A stretch of DNA of 64,000 bases from an uncultured Candidatus Saccharibacteria bacterium (GTDB taxonomy: Bacteria; Patescibacteriota; Minisyncoccia; Phycocordibacterales; UBA9973), in NCBI GenBank assembly GCA_964404925.1, contig CAYOLW010000002.1, forward strand, positions 38,995 to 102,994. The letters are read 5' to 3'. The position numbers were made by a program, and so were the translations under genes. Below the pieces are notes generated by a model, which was not told the DNA's origin, did not search any database, and saw only the letters and a program-made list of their open reading frames with translations. Below are positions 1-9,367 of the stretch, piece by piece. Within the stretch, counting starts at the first letter, position 1; each line of letters begins with the position of its first letter.

Positions 1-96
1 TGGATTAAAAAAACCTGAGTCTTCCCACAGTTTATAAATCCTGTCCTCTGTGGCCTTGGCATCATAGGGCTTGAGGAATTTTTCATTGATTTCCAT
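1..96 (-). CDS. valS: valine--tRNA ligase, N-terminal fragment running off the window edge
   Basis: Manual translation MEINEKFLKPYDAKATEDRIYKLWEDSGFFNP matches the ValRS N-terminal Y-x(4)-E-x2-IY-x2-W pattern; cognate tRNA-Val lies just upstream. Confidence 0.75.
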   Translation of the reverse strand, partial: MEINEKFLKPYDAKATEDRIYKLWEDSGFFNP

Positions 97-149
97 GGTT
101 AAAATATATCATTTTTTATATGATAATTGAAGTATTTGTTATTTTTTAG

Positions 150-222
150 TGCGCGGTATAGGATTCGAACCTATGGCCTTGTCTACGTCAAAGACACGCT
201 CTACCAACTGAGCTAACCGCGC
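150..222 (-). tRNA. tRNA-Val(GAC)
   Basis: Cloverleaf: acceptor GCGCGGT/ACCGCGC, D arm GCTC/GAGC, anticodon arm TGTCT-TTGACGT-AGACA, T arm ATAGG-TTCGAAT-CCTAT; CCA not encoded. Confidence 0.95.
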
Positions 223-250
223 AAAGACGGATTAATCCCGTCTTTTGATA

Positions 251-1471
251 TTACATGCTTTCTTGTATTCTATCAAGCGCTAGTAGGAATGCCGCAGTAC
301 GCAGATCTGTATTGTTATCTTTTGCGAGTTTCCATATTTTCTGCGCAGAGTCAGAAAGTATAGGGTTTAATTTATCGAAAACTTCTTTTTCACTCCAATG
401 CTCGCCTTTTAAATTTTGTTCCCATTCAAAGGTCGATACTGTTACTCCACCAGAGTTAGCCAAAACATCTGGAATTACAGATATGCCCATTTTGTTTAAG
501 GTTTCATCAGCGTGCGGGGTGACCGGTCCGTTAGCCAGCTCGAGTATTACTTTGGCTTGGACTTTCTCGGCATTTTCTTCACCAATTTGATTCTCGAAAG
601 CAGCCGGGATTAAAAGGTCGCAGGGTAGGGTAAGTAGCTCTTCGTTTGTAATATTTTCTCCACCCGGGAATCCAGCCAACATGCCTGTTTCTTGCTTGAA
701 CTTAGCAGCTGCCTCGATGTCTAAACCTTCTTTGTTATAGGTACCGCTTTTGGAATCAGATACGGCTAATATGCGGTGCCCAGCATTTTGCCAAATTTTG
801 GCTGCGTACATTCCGGCATTGCCGAATCCTTGGATAACTACATCGCATTTTTCTGGGAGTCCGATTTGTTCTCGGAGTGCTTCAAAGACAAAGAATCCTC
901 CTTGGGCTGTAGCGCTGCCTCGGCCTTCAGATCCACCACCACCTAGAGGCTTACCAGTAATCACAGCACCTGTTTTGTCACCAGTTATTTTTTCAAATTC
1001 ATCTGCCATCCAAGACATTATTTCCGGAGTAGTGTTTACGTCTGGTGCAGGGACGTCTTTTTTAGGACCTAGTACTTCATATAGACCTTGTATCCAACCC
1101 CTCGATAATTTCTCTAGTTCATGTTTTGAAAGTTCTTTTGGGTTAACAGTTATACCGCCCTTGCCTCCACCCATGGGTATGCCTGCAACTGCACATTTGA
1201 TAGTCATCCAAAAAGCGAGTGCTTTTACTTCATCAATATTAGTTTCGTGGTGATATCGAATTCCGCCTTTGTATGGTCCGCGCACGTTGTTGTACTGAAC
1301 TCTATAACCTTCAAATATTTTAGTACCCCCATCATCCATGAGGACAGGTATAGCAATCCTTAACTCACGATTAGGCTGACGCAAGCGTGCTAAAAACTCA
1401 CTACTATAATTCTTGATCTTGGCAACTTTATCGAGTTGCTCCATAGCATTATGGAAAGGATTTTCGTTCAT
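251..1471 (-). CDS. gdhA: Glu/Leu/Phe/Val dehydrogenase (glutamate dehydrogenase)
   Basis: GPYKGGIRY, GGGKGG, DVPAPDVNT, QGFGNAG, ELANGP, PDVLANSGGV motifs. Confidence 0.92.
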   Translation of the reverse strand: MNENPFHNAMEQLDKVAKIKNYSSEFLARLRQPNRELRIAIPVLMDDGGTKIFEGYRVQYNNVRGPYKGGIRYHHETNIDEVKALAFWMTIKCAVAGIPMGGGKGGITVNPKELSKHELEKLSRGWIQGLYEVLGPKKDVPAPDVNTTPEIMSWMADEFEKITGDKTGAVITGKPLGGGGSEGRGSATAQGGFFVFEALREQIGLPEKCDVVIQGFGNAGMYAAKIWQNAGHRILAVSDSKSGTYNKEGLDIEAAAKFKQETGMLAGFPGGENITNEELLTLPCDLLIPAAFENQIGEENAEKVQAKVILELANGPVTPHADETLNKMGISVIPDVLANSGGVTVSTFEWEQNLKGEHWSEKEVFDKLNPILSDSAQKIWKLAKDNNTDLRTAAFLLALDRIQESM

Positions 1472-1557
1472 AATTATATTGCCTCGTATTTAAAGCGAGA
1501 CTATTACTTTTTATAACGAGGTTATTATATACCTACACTAGAGAGTAAACAATAATT

Positions 1558-2316
1558 TCAAATTAGGTCTTCGAGCACGGCTAATTCTTCTTTGGTATTT
1601 GGTTGTAGCCCTTCTAATACACTGGCAACGGGTACTGCCAATACTGTTTTATTTTGTTCAAAAGCAGCATGGATTAAATCTGTTAGGTAGTATTCTTGCT
1701 GGGCATTTTCATTCCTTATTTTTTCAATATTTTGCCACAGCCATTTTGCATCAAAGGCATAAATTGCTGGATTTACTTCGGTAATGTTTTTTTCTTCATC
1801 GGTGGCGTCTTTGTATTCAACAATTTTCTCAACTTTGCCATCTGTGTCGCGGACTATTCTGCCAAAATGTAGCATACCACTACGCCACTCGTTAAAATCT
1901 GGTAGTTTGACTGTACCTAAAGTTATCGTAGCGTTTTTGCCGGTGTGTTCGTCTACTATATTGGATATAGTCTCGGTTGAGATTAGGGGTTGATCCGTTG
2001 ATAGTACCAGTATGGTATGATGTGTGTCGTTGGTTAAGTCTTGGGCTGATTTTACTGCGTGGCCAGTACCTAATTGTTCTTGTTGTACTGCATAAATAAA
2101 GTCTGAACCTATTCTATCCATTACTTCTTCTTTTTTATGTCCGACAACTATTATGGGTTTGTGCACCAAATCAAGCCTCTGTAGCGTATCTAAAATATGC
2201 CTAAGGAAAGGTTTGTTTTTTAATTCGGCCAAGGCTTTCGGCGTGTCGCCGCCCATCCTTTTGCTTTTACCAGCAGCTAGGACTATGATTTGAAGATTGT
2301 TGGTATTTACGGTCAT
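1558..2316 (-). CDS. glmU: GlmU-like sugar-1-phosphate nucleotidyltransferase (N-terminal domain only)
   Basis: LAAGKSKRM...PKAL, QQEQLGTGHAV, GRIVRD..IVEYKDAT, NAQQEYYLTD; ends before the hexapeptide acetyltransferase domain. Confidence 0.75.
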   Translation of the reverse strand: MTVNTNNLQIIVLAAGKSKRMGGDTPKALAELKNKPFLRHILDTLQRLDLVHKPIIVVGHKKEEVMDRIGSDFIYAVQQEQLGTGHAVKSAQDLTNDTHHTILVLSTDQPLISTETISNIVDEHTGKNATITLGTVKLPDFNEWRSGMLHFGRIVRDTDGKVEKIVEYKDATDEEKNITEVNPAIYAFDAKWLWQNIEKIRNENAQQEYYLTDLIHAAFEQNKTVLAVPVASVLEGLQPNTKEELAVLEDLI

Positions 2317-2352
2317 GATATTAAGGTACCATTTTTAAATAAAAAATAAAGC

Positions 2353-2922
2353 ATGGAAGAACATAATGATTTAGAAATAATAGAAGAGCACATTGCAGGT
2401 AATGAAAAAGCCTTTGCTGTATTGGTGAATAGGTACTTCAAAATAGTCTATCGTTATTCATTGTCTTGGCAAAAGGACTCTACCTTAGCCGAAGATGCTA
2501 CTCAAGAAACCTTTCTAAAGGTCTGGAAAAAGTTAAATACATTTGACACTGCAGGTTCTTTCAAATCTTGGATATTACGTATAACGAGAAATACTAATAT
2601 TGATATTTTACGTAAAAAGAAATCTTTCAATTTTACCGAGCTTGGTGTTAATGATGAAGATAACTTCGTTGAATCAATAGAGAGTACAGATCCGTTGCCA
2701 GATGAGGTTTTTGCCCATATAGAGGACAAAGAAGTTTTGCGTTCAATGTTGGAAAATTTATCCCTTCAAGAAAGGGAAGTTATTAGGCTGCGTTACGGTG
2801 AGGATATGTCCTTTGAAGAAATTGCTAATGTTCTAGATAAGAATCTAAACACAGTAAAGAGTTTAAATAGGAGAGGCTTGCTAAAGCTTCGGGAGCTTAA
2901 GGTGCAACTTAATTATAATTAA
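2353..2922 (+). CDS. ECF RNA polymerase sigma factor
   Basis: Region 2 AEDATQETFLKVW..FKSWILRI; region 4 MSFEEIANVL..NTVKS. Confidence 0.9.
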   Translation: MEEHNDLEIIEEHIAGNEKAFAVLVNRYFKIVYRYSLSWQKDSTLAEDATQETFLKVWKKLNTFDTAGSFKSWILRITRNTNIDILRKKKSFNFTELGVNDEDNFVESIESTDPLPDEVFAHIEDKEVLRSMLENLSLQEREVIRLRYGEDMSFEEIANVLDKNLNTVKSLNRRGLLKLRELKVQLNYN

Positions 2923-2941
2923 CTTCGTATATTTATTGGTT

Positions 2942-3328
2942 ATGAATTCAAAATACAACAACTTGTTTAATACCGAACCTAGAGAGGGCTTAGCTACCGA
3001 TATTTTGGCCTATGTTAGAAAGTCAGAGCAGAGAAGTGCCAAGGCTCGCTTTTTTGGCTTGGCTTTTTTGTCTTTGATTTTGTTCGGTGTTTTATCAATG
3101 GCGGCTATTTATCTATGGGGTGAAATGCAGACAACTGGTTTTATAGATTATTTTAGATTATTACTTGGTGGAGCAATAAGTAATTTCTGGGTAGAACTTA
3201 CTTTAGCATTACTTGAATCCTTGCCAGCATTTTATTTATTACTTTTCTTTTCAGTCTTAGTTTCTTTAATCAGTTCTATTAGGTTTACTTTACGTAATTA
3301 TTATTTAACCAGAATATCATTTAGCTAA
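2942..3328 (+). CDS. membrane protein, putative anti-sigma factor
   Basis: Hydrophobic segments; directly downstream of the ECF sigma; ATG at 2942. Confidence 0.55.
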   Translation: MNSKYNNLFNTEPREGLATDILAYVRKSEQRSAKARFFGLAFLSLILFGVLSMAAIYLWGEMQTTGFIDYFRLLLGGAISNFWVELTLALLESLPAFYLLLFFSVLVSLISSIRFTLRNYYLTRISFS

Positions 3329-3329
3329 T

Positions 3330-3788
3330 ATGCAAGAAATAAAAAATAGTATTAAAAAGGTTTTACAGTCTAAATTATGGCACCATGCTATAACAGGTGT
3401 TTTTTGTTTACTCATATTAATAATAGTTTTCCAAGTTGGAGTGTTGGTGGGTATGCGCAAGGGTAATTTTGCCGGTAGATATGCAGATAATTATTATGAT
3501 AATTTTGGAACACGTGGAATGATGCATCCGAATAATTTACCGAATGCTCACGGTACTGTAGGGCGAATACTCAGTATAGATTTACCAGAGATTGTTGTTT
3601 CTGATAGAGATCAAGTAGAAAAGGTAATTGTAACAAACGAAGAGACTATGGTTAAACACGCTCGGGATAGCATTAAATTGGAAGATTTAAAAGTTGATGA
3701 TTTTGTGATAGTTATTGGTATGCCTGGAGAGGATGGAAAAATAACTGCTAAATTTATTCGCCACATGCCCAAACCTTTCAATAAATAA
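3330..3788 (+). CDS. membrane-anchored protein with C-terminal beta-barrel (DUF5666-like) domain
   Basis: One TM helix, then GRILSI...LKVDDFVIVIG..G.ITAKFIR; similar pattern to 7378..7818. Confidence 0.55.
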   Translation: MQEIKNSIKKVLQSKLWHHAITGVFCLLILIIVFQVGVLVGMRKGNFAGRYADNYYDNFGTRGMMHPNNLPNAHGTVGRILSIDLPEIVVSDRDQVEKVIVTNEETMVKHARDSIKLEDLKVDDFVIVIGMPGEDGKITAKFIRHMPKPFNK

Positions 3789-3797
3789 TACTTATAC

Positions 3798-5441
3798 ATG
3801 AAAAACATACTAGAAAAAATAAAAATTTTTGTTCGTGCTCATAAAATATGGTCAATTGTTATTTTGATAATTATTGTCTTCTTGGGTTATAAACTTTACG
3901 GACAAATTGCTGGAGATACGAGTGCGAATAAATACGTACTAGGTGCTGTACAAAAGGGAACAATAGTTGCTTCTGTTTCTGCTAGCGGTCAGGTTGAGTC
4001 TGGAGACCAGATAGATCTCAAAGCTAAGGTAACAAGTGATGTTCGTTATATTGGAGTAAAAGCTGGTGCCAGTGTACGCCGAGGACAAACGTTGTTTAGT
4101 TTTGATGCTAGAGATGCACAGAAGTCTGTCCGCGATGCTGAGACCAACCTAGAAACAGCTAAACTGGAATTAGAGAAACTAAGAGAAATACCAGATGATA
4201 TAGACGTGTTATCTATTAAACAAGCTATCAAGGACGCCGAAACAGATAAAACCGATGCTGCAGATGATGTATCGGCAGCTTGGCGTAAACTTCTTAATAC
4301 TTCTGTAGTGGCTGATCCAGTAAATGCCAACAGCAGTTATACTGCGCCCACCGTTACGGGAACATATATCTTGGATAAAGAGATGGATATAAATATTAAT
4401 GTATACCAAACAGGCGAGGGTGCGTATTATAATGCATATAGTACTCCTTCTGGAGTGTTCACTTTCTCTGGTCAGGTTTCTACCTCTGTGGCACAGGTGC
4501 TAGGTAATACTGGTTTGTATATAAAGTTCTCAAGCAGTAGTGCCAGTCAGCCTGCTTGGATAATAAGTCTACCGAATAAATCCGTTACAGCTTATGAGAC
4601 TAATTTAAAAAGTTATCAAGATACCTTAGACGAACAGAAAAAAGTAGATGATGCTTCTGCCTTAACCATAGCCCAAAAGAATCAAGAATTAGATGAGCTA
4701 TACAGTCCAGACCCGCTTGATGTCCGTACCAAGGAATTAGCTATTAAAAAAGCAGAAGACGATCTCACGGATGCTAAAGCCAAATTATCTGATTATTATG
4801 TATATGCACCATTTGATGGAGTGATGGCTAATATTGATGCCAAGGTAGGTGAATCACCATCCAGTCCTTTGGGTTCTATTATTACGAACAACAAAGTAGC
4901 TGTGCTTTCAATGAATGAAGTTGACGTAGCAAAAATTAATTTAGGTCAATCAGCCACCATGACTTTTGATGCAATTGATGGATTGTCTCTGACTGGTAGA
5001 GTTGTAGAAATCGATCAGCAAGGCACTGTGAGCCAAGGTGTTGTTTCTTATTCAGTGAAGATTGCTTTCGATACAGATGATGCCCAAATAAAACCGGGTA
5101 TGAGTGTCGAGGCTGCAATAATTACTGAATCAAAAACTGATGTATTGTATATTCCAGCCAGTGCTATTAAAACGCGCAACAACACGAGCTATGTTGAAGT
5201 TTTTGAACCCGCATTAACAGTAACTGAGGCTGAATCTATTGCTGGCATAGAATCTGAAGAAAAACCTGTGCAGATTGATGTTGTGGTAGGTATTACTGAT
5301 GACACTAATACGGAAATAATTTCTGGTTTGTCCGAAGGACAACAAATAGTAACAAGAACTGTCTCAGCTACTGCTGCTAAAACCACCACTGCGCCGAGTC
5401 TGATTGGAGGCAGCAGCAGTCGTGGTCTCGGTGGAAGATAA
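3798..5441 (+). CDS. MacA/HlyD-family efflux membrane fusion (adaptor) protein
   Basis: N-terminal TM, SASGQVE, coiled-coil hairpin, VYAPFDGV, IKPGMSVEA, EIISGLSEGQ. Confidence 0.88.
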   Translation: MKNILEKIKIFVRAHKIWSIVILIIIVFLGYKLYGQIAGDTSANKYVLGAVQKGTIVASVSASGQVESGDQIDLKAKVTSDVRYIGVKAGASVRRGQTLFSFDARDAQKSVRDAETNLETAKLELEKLREIPDDIDVLSIKQAIKDAETDKTDAADDVSAAWRKLLNTSVVADPVNANSSYTAPTVTGTYILDKEMDININVYQTGEGAYYNAYSTPSGVFTFSGQVSTSVAQVLGNTGLYIKFSSSSASQPAWIISLPNKSVTAYETNLKSYQDTLDEQKKVDDASALTIAQKNQELDELYSPDPLDVRTKELAIKKAEDDLTDAKAKLSDYYVYAPFDGVMANIDAKVGESPSSPLGSIITNNKVAVLSMNEVDVAKINLGQSATMTFDAIDGLSLTGRVVEIDQQGTVSQGVVSYSVKIAFDTDDAQIKPGMSVEAAIITESKTDVLYIPASAIKTRNNTSYVEVFEPALTVTEAESIAGIESEEKPVQIDVVVGITDDTNTEIISGLSEGQQIVTRTVSATAAKTTTAPSLIGGSSSRGLGGR

Positions 5442-5445
5442 TCCA

Positions 5446-6129
5446 ATGATAGAAATAAAAAATATAAATAAAACATACGGCAGTGGGGAATCTGCTTTTC
5501 AAGCATTAAAGGGTGTAAGTTTTAAAATTGAAGATGGTGAATTTGTAGCCATTATGGGTCCTTCTGGTTCAGGTAAAAGCACATTGATGCATATACTTGG
5601 AGCATTGGATACTCCGACTTCGGGGACTTATTTATTAGACGGGAAAGATGTGTCTACCATGTCTGAAGACGAACTAGCAGATATCAGACGAGAGAAAATT
5701 GGCTTTGTATTTCAATCTTTTAACCTTCTACCTCGTACAACGGTACTGCGCAATGTAGCCTTGCCGTTAGTCTATGAAGGAGTAGATGAGAAAGAAAGAA
5801 ACACTCGCGCTCGCGATGCGCTTGCCTCCGCTGGACTTAGCGAAGAATATTTCTCCCATCTTTCTAATCAATTATCTGGTGGGCAGATTCAGCGTGTGGC
5901 TATCGCTCGCGCCCTTGTGAACAACCCATCCATTGTATTGGCAGATGAGCCAACAGGTAACCTAGATTCAAAGACTGGTGAAATAGTGTTGGGTACTTTC
6001 GAAAAATTAAATCGACAATTTAAAAGAACAATTGTGCTGATTACTCACGAGCAGGATGTGGCCCTGCATGCGGACAGAATTATCTTTATCAAAGACGGAG
6101 CTGTACTAAGCGATAAAAAAATAAAATGA
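5446..6129 (+). CDS. MacB/LolD-type ABC transporter ATP-binding protein
   Basis: GPSGSGKST, LSGGQIQRVAIARAL, LADEPTGNLD; ATG at 5446. Confidence 0.93.
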   Translation: MIEIKNINKTYGSGESAFQALKGVSFKIEDGEFVAIMGPSGSGKSTLMHILGALDTPTSGTYLLDGKDVSTMSEDELADIRREKIGFVFQSFNLLPRTTVLRNVALPLVYEGVDEKERNTRARDALASAGLSEEYFSHLSNQLSGGQIQRVAIARALVNNPSIVLADEPTGNLDSKTGEIVLGTFEKLNRQFKRTIVLITHEQDVALHADRIIFIKDGAVLSDKKIK

Positions 6130-7349
6130 GAACTATCGATATTTTAGAAGAAACATATAGTGCGCTTTTTTCCAACAAGGTCCGATCTGGGTTGACCATG
6201 CTCGGTATTGTTATTGGTATTAGTTCAGTGATTGCTATGACGGCTATCGGAGGTGGGGCACAGAAATCAATCGAAGCCAATATCCAGTCGATTGGTGCGA
6301 ACCTTATTACTGTGTATCCCGGTGCGCAGAGGGGTCCTGGTGTGCAGGTTTCAGGTGGACGAGGCTCAGCCAAAACATTGACCCTAAAAGACGCCGAATC
6401 AATCCAAAGTGAAGTATCTGGGGTCAAGGCTGTGTCACCAGAAGTCCAAGGCCGGTACCAAATCACCGCCAAGGGAACCAATACTAATACTAGTGTTATT
6501 GGAGTTACTGCTGCATATGCAGAAGTACACAATGTTGAAATTGAAGAAGGTAATTTTGTTAGTGATTCACAGGCACAGAATGGATCCAAAGTTGCCGTTA
6601 TTGGTCCCTCGGTGCGGGATGATTTGTTTGGTGAAGGTGCATTTGCTATGGGGCAAGTTATAAAAATAAAGGGTTCTCAGTTTAAAGTTGTCGGTATAAC
6701 TAAATCAAAAGGAGGTACTGGATTTAATAATCAGGACGATATGATTTTTGTACCATTGGCTACTGCGCAGCGATATTTCGCAGGAGATGAATATTTGAAC
6801 TCTATTGGTGTATCAGCCGAAGATTCTGAAGTGTCTAGTGCTGTACAGGCAGACATAACTACACTTCTATTAGACAGACATAATATTTCTGATGCAGCTT
6901 TGGCCGACTTTTCAACCTTGAATCAGGCAGATATTATTGCAACAGCCTCGACCATTACCGGTACATTAACTATCTTGCTTGCAGCTATTGCAGGTATCTC
7001 ACTAGTGGTGGGTGGCATCGGTATTATGAATATGATGTTAACCACCGTTACCGAGCGTACTCGCGAGATTGGTCTGCGTAAAGCCATCGGCGCCAAGAGG
7101 AGAGATATCAGTCGGCAATTTTTATATGAAGCTATGGCATTAACCATCGTGGGTGGAACTGTAGGGATATTGCTTGGGTGGGGGATATCGCTTGCTATTA
7201 CTCAGCTTGGAATTATTGCCACTGAAGTATCAATAAAATCTGTTTTGTTGTCTTTTGGAGTGTCAGCTACAATTGGTATTGTATTTGGATATTATCCAGC
7301 TAAAAAAGCTGCAAAGTTAAATCCAATAGATGCGCTACGGTATGAATAA
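6126..7349 (+). CDS. MacB/FtsX-type ABC transporter permease
   Basis: RSGLTMLGIVIGI, GGIGIMNMML..VTERTREIGLRKAIGA, PIDALRYE. Confidence 0.93.
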   Translation: MRTIDILEETYSALFSNKVRSGLTMLGIVIGISSVIAMTAIGGGAQKSIEANIQSIGANLITVYPGAQRGPGVQVSGGRGSAKTLTLKDAESIQSEVSGVKAVSPEVQGRYQITAKGTNTNTSVIGVTAAYAEVHNVEIEEGNFVSDSQAQNGSKVAVIGPSVRDDLFGEGAFAMGQVIKIKGSQFKVVGITKSKGGTGFNNQDDMIFVPLATAQRYFAGDEYLNSIGVSAEDSEVSSAVQADITTLLLDRHNISDAALADFSTLNQADIIATASTITGTLTILLAAIAGISLVVGGIGIMNMMLTTVTERTREIGLRKAIGAKRRDISRQFLYEAMALTIVGGTVGILLGWGISLAITQLGIIATEVSIKSVLLSFGVSATIGIVFGYYPAKKAAKLNPIDALRYE

Positions 7350-7377
7350 ATATTATTAATATTAAAAATAAAATTAT

Positions 7378-7818
7378 ATGAACAAAAAATATATTGGTTT
7401 GCTGGTAGCTATAGTATTGGTGGTAGGTGGAGGATCGTTCTGGAGTGGTTATGCTTATGGTCAATCTAAAACAAAATCCGGATTCCCCGGTGGAGCAGGG
7501 AGTATGTCTGGCCGGAATTTCGGTGGTGCAAATGGTGGCCCCTCTCAGCCTCGCAACAGATCCGGTCTGGGCGGATTTATCTCTGGTGAAGTTTTGTCAA
7601 AAGATGAAAAAAGCTTAACTATTAAATTACAAGATGGTGGTTCCAGAATTGTGCTCATTGGTGGCGAGACTAAAGTTTCTAAATCAGCTGAGGGCAGTAT
7701 AGCTGATGTGTCTATTGGTGGGGCAGTGATGGTATCCGGTAAAGCAAATCCAGACGGTAGCCTGACGGCTGAGACAGTGCAATTGCGCCCAAACATGCCT
7801 CGTAGAGAAGTGCAATAG
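7378..7818 (+). CDS. exported Gly-rich protein with DUF5666-like domain
   Basis: N-terminal TM, Gly-rich linker, SGEVLSKD..VMVSG..NPDGSLTAETVQ. Confidence 0.6.
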   Translation: MNKKYIGLLVAIVLVVGGGSFWSGYAYGQSKTKSGFPGGAGSMSGRNFGGANGGPSQPRNRSGLGGFISGEVLSKDEKSLTIKLQDGGSRIVLIGGETKVSKSAEGSIADVSIGGAVMVSGKANPDGSLTAETVQLRPNMPRREVQ

Positions 7819-7845
7819 ATATTGATATTACAAAATATAAAAAAT

Positions 7846-7868
7846 AAAAAGCCCCGAGAGGGCTTTTT
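7846..7868. terminator. bidirectional intrinsic terminator
   Basis: AAAAAGCCC-CGAGA-GGGCTTTTT between convergent genes. Confidence 0.7.
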
Positions 7869-8316
7869 ATAATTCTAGTTCTAGCATGACTGCTGTGTAG
7901 AGGATTTTGTCGTTTTTTTGTACGTCGGCGACCATATAGCCACGCTTTAATTTAAGCCTCAGCATTCGGTCGGAAACATTGTAGACTTTGGATAGCATTT
8001 TCTTGAATCCATTTTTCCTGGCATAATCCTCGGCCAGGTCCATTAATTCGGTGGCAATCCGATGGCCCCTGTATTCAGGTAATACTCCTAGAATCCAACT
8101 GTAGAAATATTCACCCTTGGGATAGCCTACGAAGTAACCGACTATTTGACCTTGGTCGAGCGCTACAAATACAGCAGATTCATCTACGCTCAAGCGTGAT
8201 TCGAATTCAGATAGCTCGTACGGCTTCCAGTCGTACACACCGTCAAATACTTTGAAATTAACTTCTGCTATTTCCGGCAACCTATCTAGCCCAACCTGTT
8301 TGAATTCTATGTCCAT
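7867..8316 (-). CDS. GNAT-family N-acetyltransferase
   Basis: LGVLPEYRGHRIATELM acetyl-CoA motif A; KRGY near the C-terminus. Confidence 0.85.
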   Translation of the reverse strand: MDIEFKQVGLDRLPEIAEVNFKVFDGVYDWKPYELSEFESRLSVDESAVFVALDQGQIVGYFVGYPKGEYFYSWILGVLPEYRGHRIATELMDLAEDYARKNGFKKMLSKVYNVSDRMLRLKLKRGYMVADVQKNDKILYTAVMLELEL

Positions 8317-8346
8317 AAAATTATTATAACAAACAATTTTAAATCA

Positions 8347-8544
8347 TTATAAACCGCTCAATCCTCCAATATAGCTACTCATAAAGAAGGGAACAGCAAA
8401 CACCAGTCCTATTATGGGTAATACAACTGTGAATATCGTAATCCAAAAAATCATTTTGAAATAGCGCCTGATCTTCTCTACAGATTTATATATGGCATCT
8501 ATCTTTTGTGCTTGTTCTTCAATCTTTTGTTCAAGTTTTTCCAT
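8347..8544 (-). CDS. small membrane protein (coiled coil plus TM)
   Basis: 65 aa ORF; TGTTATAAT 6 nt before the ATG. Confidence 0.65.
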   Translation of the reverse strand: MEKLEQKIEEQAQKIDAIYKSVEKIRRYFKMIFWITIFTVVLPIIGLVFAVPFFMSSYIGGLSGL

Positions 8545-8610
8545 ATTTAGATTATAACAAAAAACAAAATGCGCCGCTTCTTTTGGGGGAATCTGTGCTA
8601 AAATTTGATT

Positions 8611-8982
8611 ATGAAAAAGACAAAAATTGTTTATTTTGGATCTACGGTGCTGCTTTCACTCATGATGCTAGCAGCAGCGTTTATGGAGCTTTCTTTTAAT
8701 CCTGAAGCAGTGGCTACTATTACGGGGCTTGGATACCCGATGTATTTTATCACCATCATCGGCGTTGCCAAAATATTGGGCGTCATAGGCATCTGGCAGA
8801 AGCAGGTCGCATTTCTACGAGAGTGGGCCTATGCAGGATTCTTTATCGACTTTATTGGGGCGCTTGCCTCACACCTTGCGCATGGTGATGGTCCCGAGAA
8901 ATACGGCGCAGCCGTTTTTGCACTTGTTCTCGTAACTGCCTCATATTGGTCATACAGAAAACTCCAAGGGGTACAGGGATAA
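8611..8982 (+). CDS. DoxX-like membrane protein
   Basis: LGYP.YF..IIGVAKILG...LREWAYAGF..GALASH signature. Confidence 0.85.
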   Translation: MKKTKIVYFGSTVLLSLMMLAAAFMELSFNPEAVATITGLGYPMYFITIIGVAKILGVIGIWQKQVAFLREWAYAGFFIDFIGALASHLAHGDGPEKYGAAVFALVLVTASYWSYRKLQGVQG

Positions 8983-8989
8983 AAGTTTT

Positions 8990-9187
8990 TTATTTATTTC
9001 TGTTTTTAAACCAGTAAAGAATCAAGAAAGTATTAAGAAATAATCCTATAATAAGAGTAAAGAATGATATATTCTCTGACAAAGCTAGGCGCCTTAAATC
9101 ACTTGAGTCAAAAACAAAAGGCATTAAAATCTTTAAATTTATAAAAGTATAAACAGCTAGAACGATAACATCTAAATTCTTTTTCAT
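8990..9187 (-). CDS. small two-TM hypothetical protein
   Basis: 65 aa hydrophobic ORF; TATAAT 6 nt before the ATG. Confidence 0.5.
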   Translation of the reverse strand: MKKNLDVIVLAVYTFINLKILMPFVFDSSDLRRLALSENISFFTLIIGLFLNTFLILYWFKNRNK

Positions 9188-9226
9188 ACCTCTATTATAT
9201 ATAAAAAATTAACTTATTTGTTAAAA

Positions 9227-9258
9227 ATAAAAACAGCAACTTTCGTTGCTGTTTTTAT
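9227..9258. terminator. intrinsic terminator closing the tRNA-Glu island
   Basis: ATAAAAACAGCAAC-TTTC-GTTGCTGTTTTTAT, perfect 14-bp stem. Confidence 0.7.
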
Positions 9259-9367
9259 GCTGTGAGCGTTCAGCAGATAGAACCAAACTGATTCCTTGCA
9301 TTGTAAGCTCGGTTTTAATATTTCTATTAATTTACTTCAACCCTTCTTGTGCGTATAGATAATATGA

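Noticed and set aside
9190-9367. att-site duplication of the tRNA-Glu 3' end at the far side of the island
   Set aside because: No copy of the tRNA end was found by eye here or after 37270; only a loosely similar terminator hairpin
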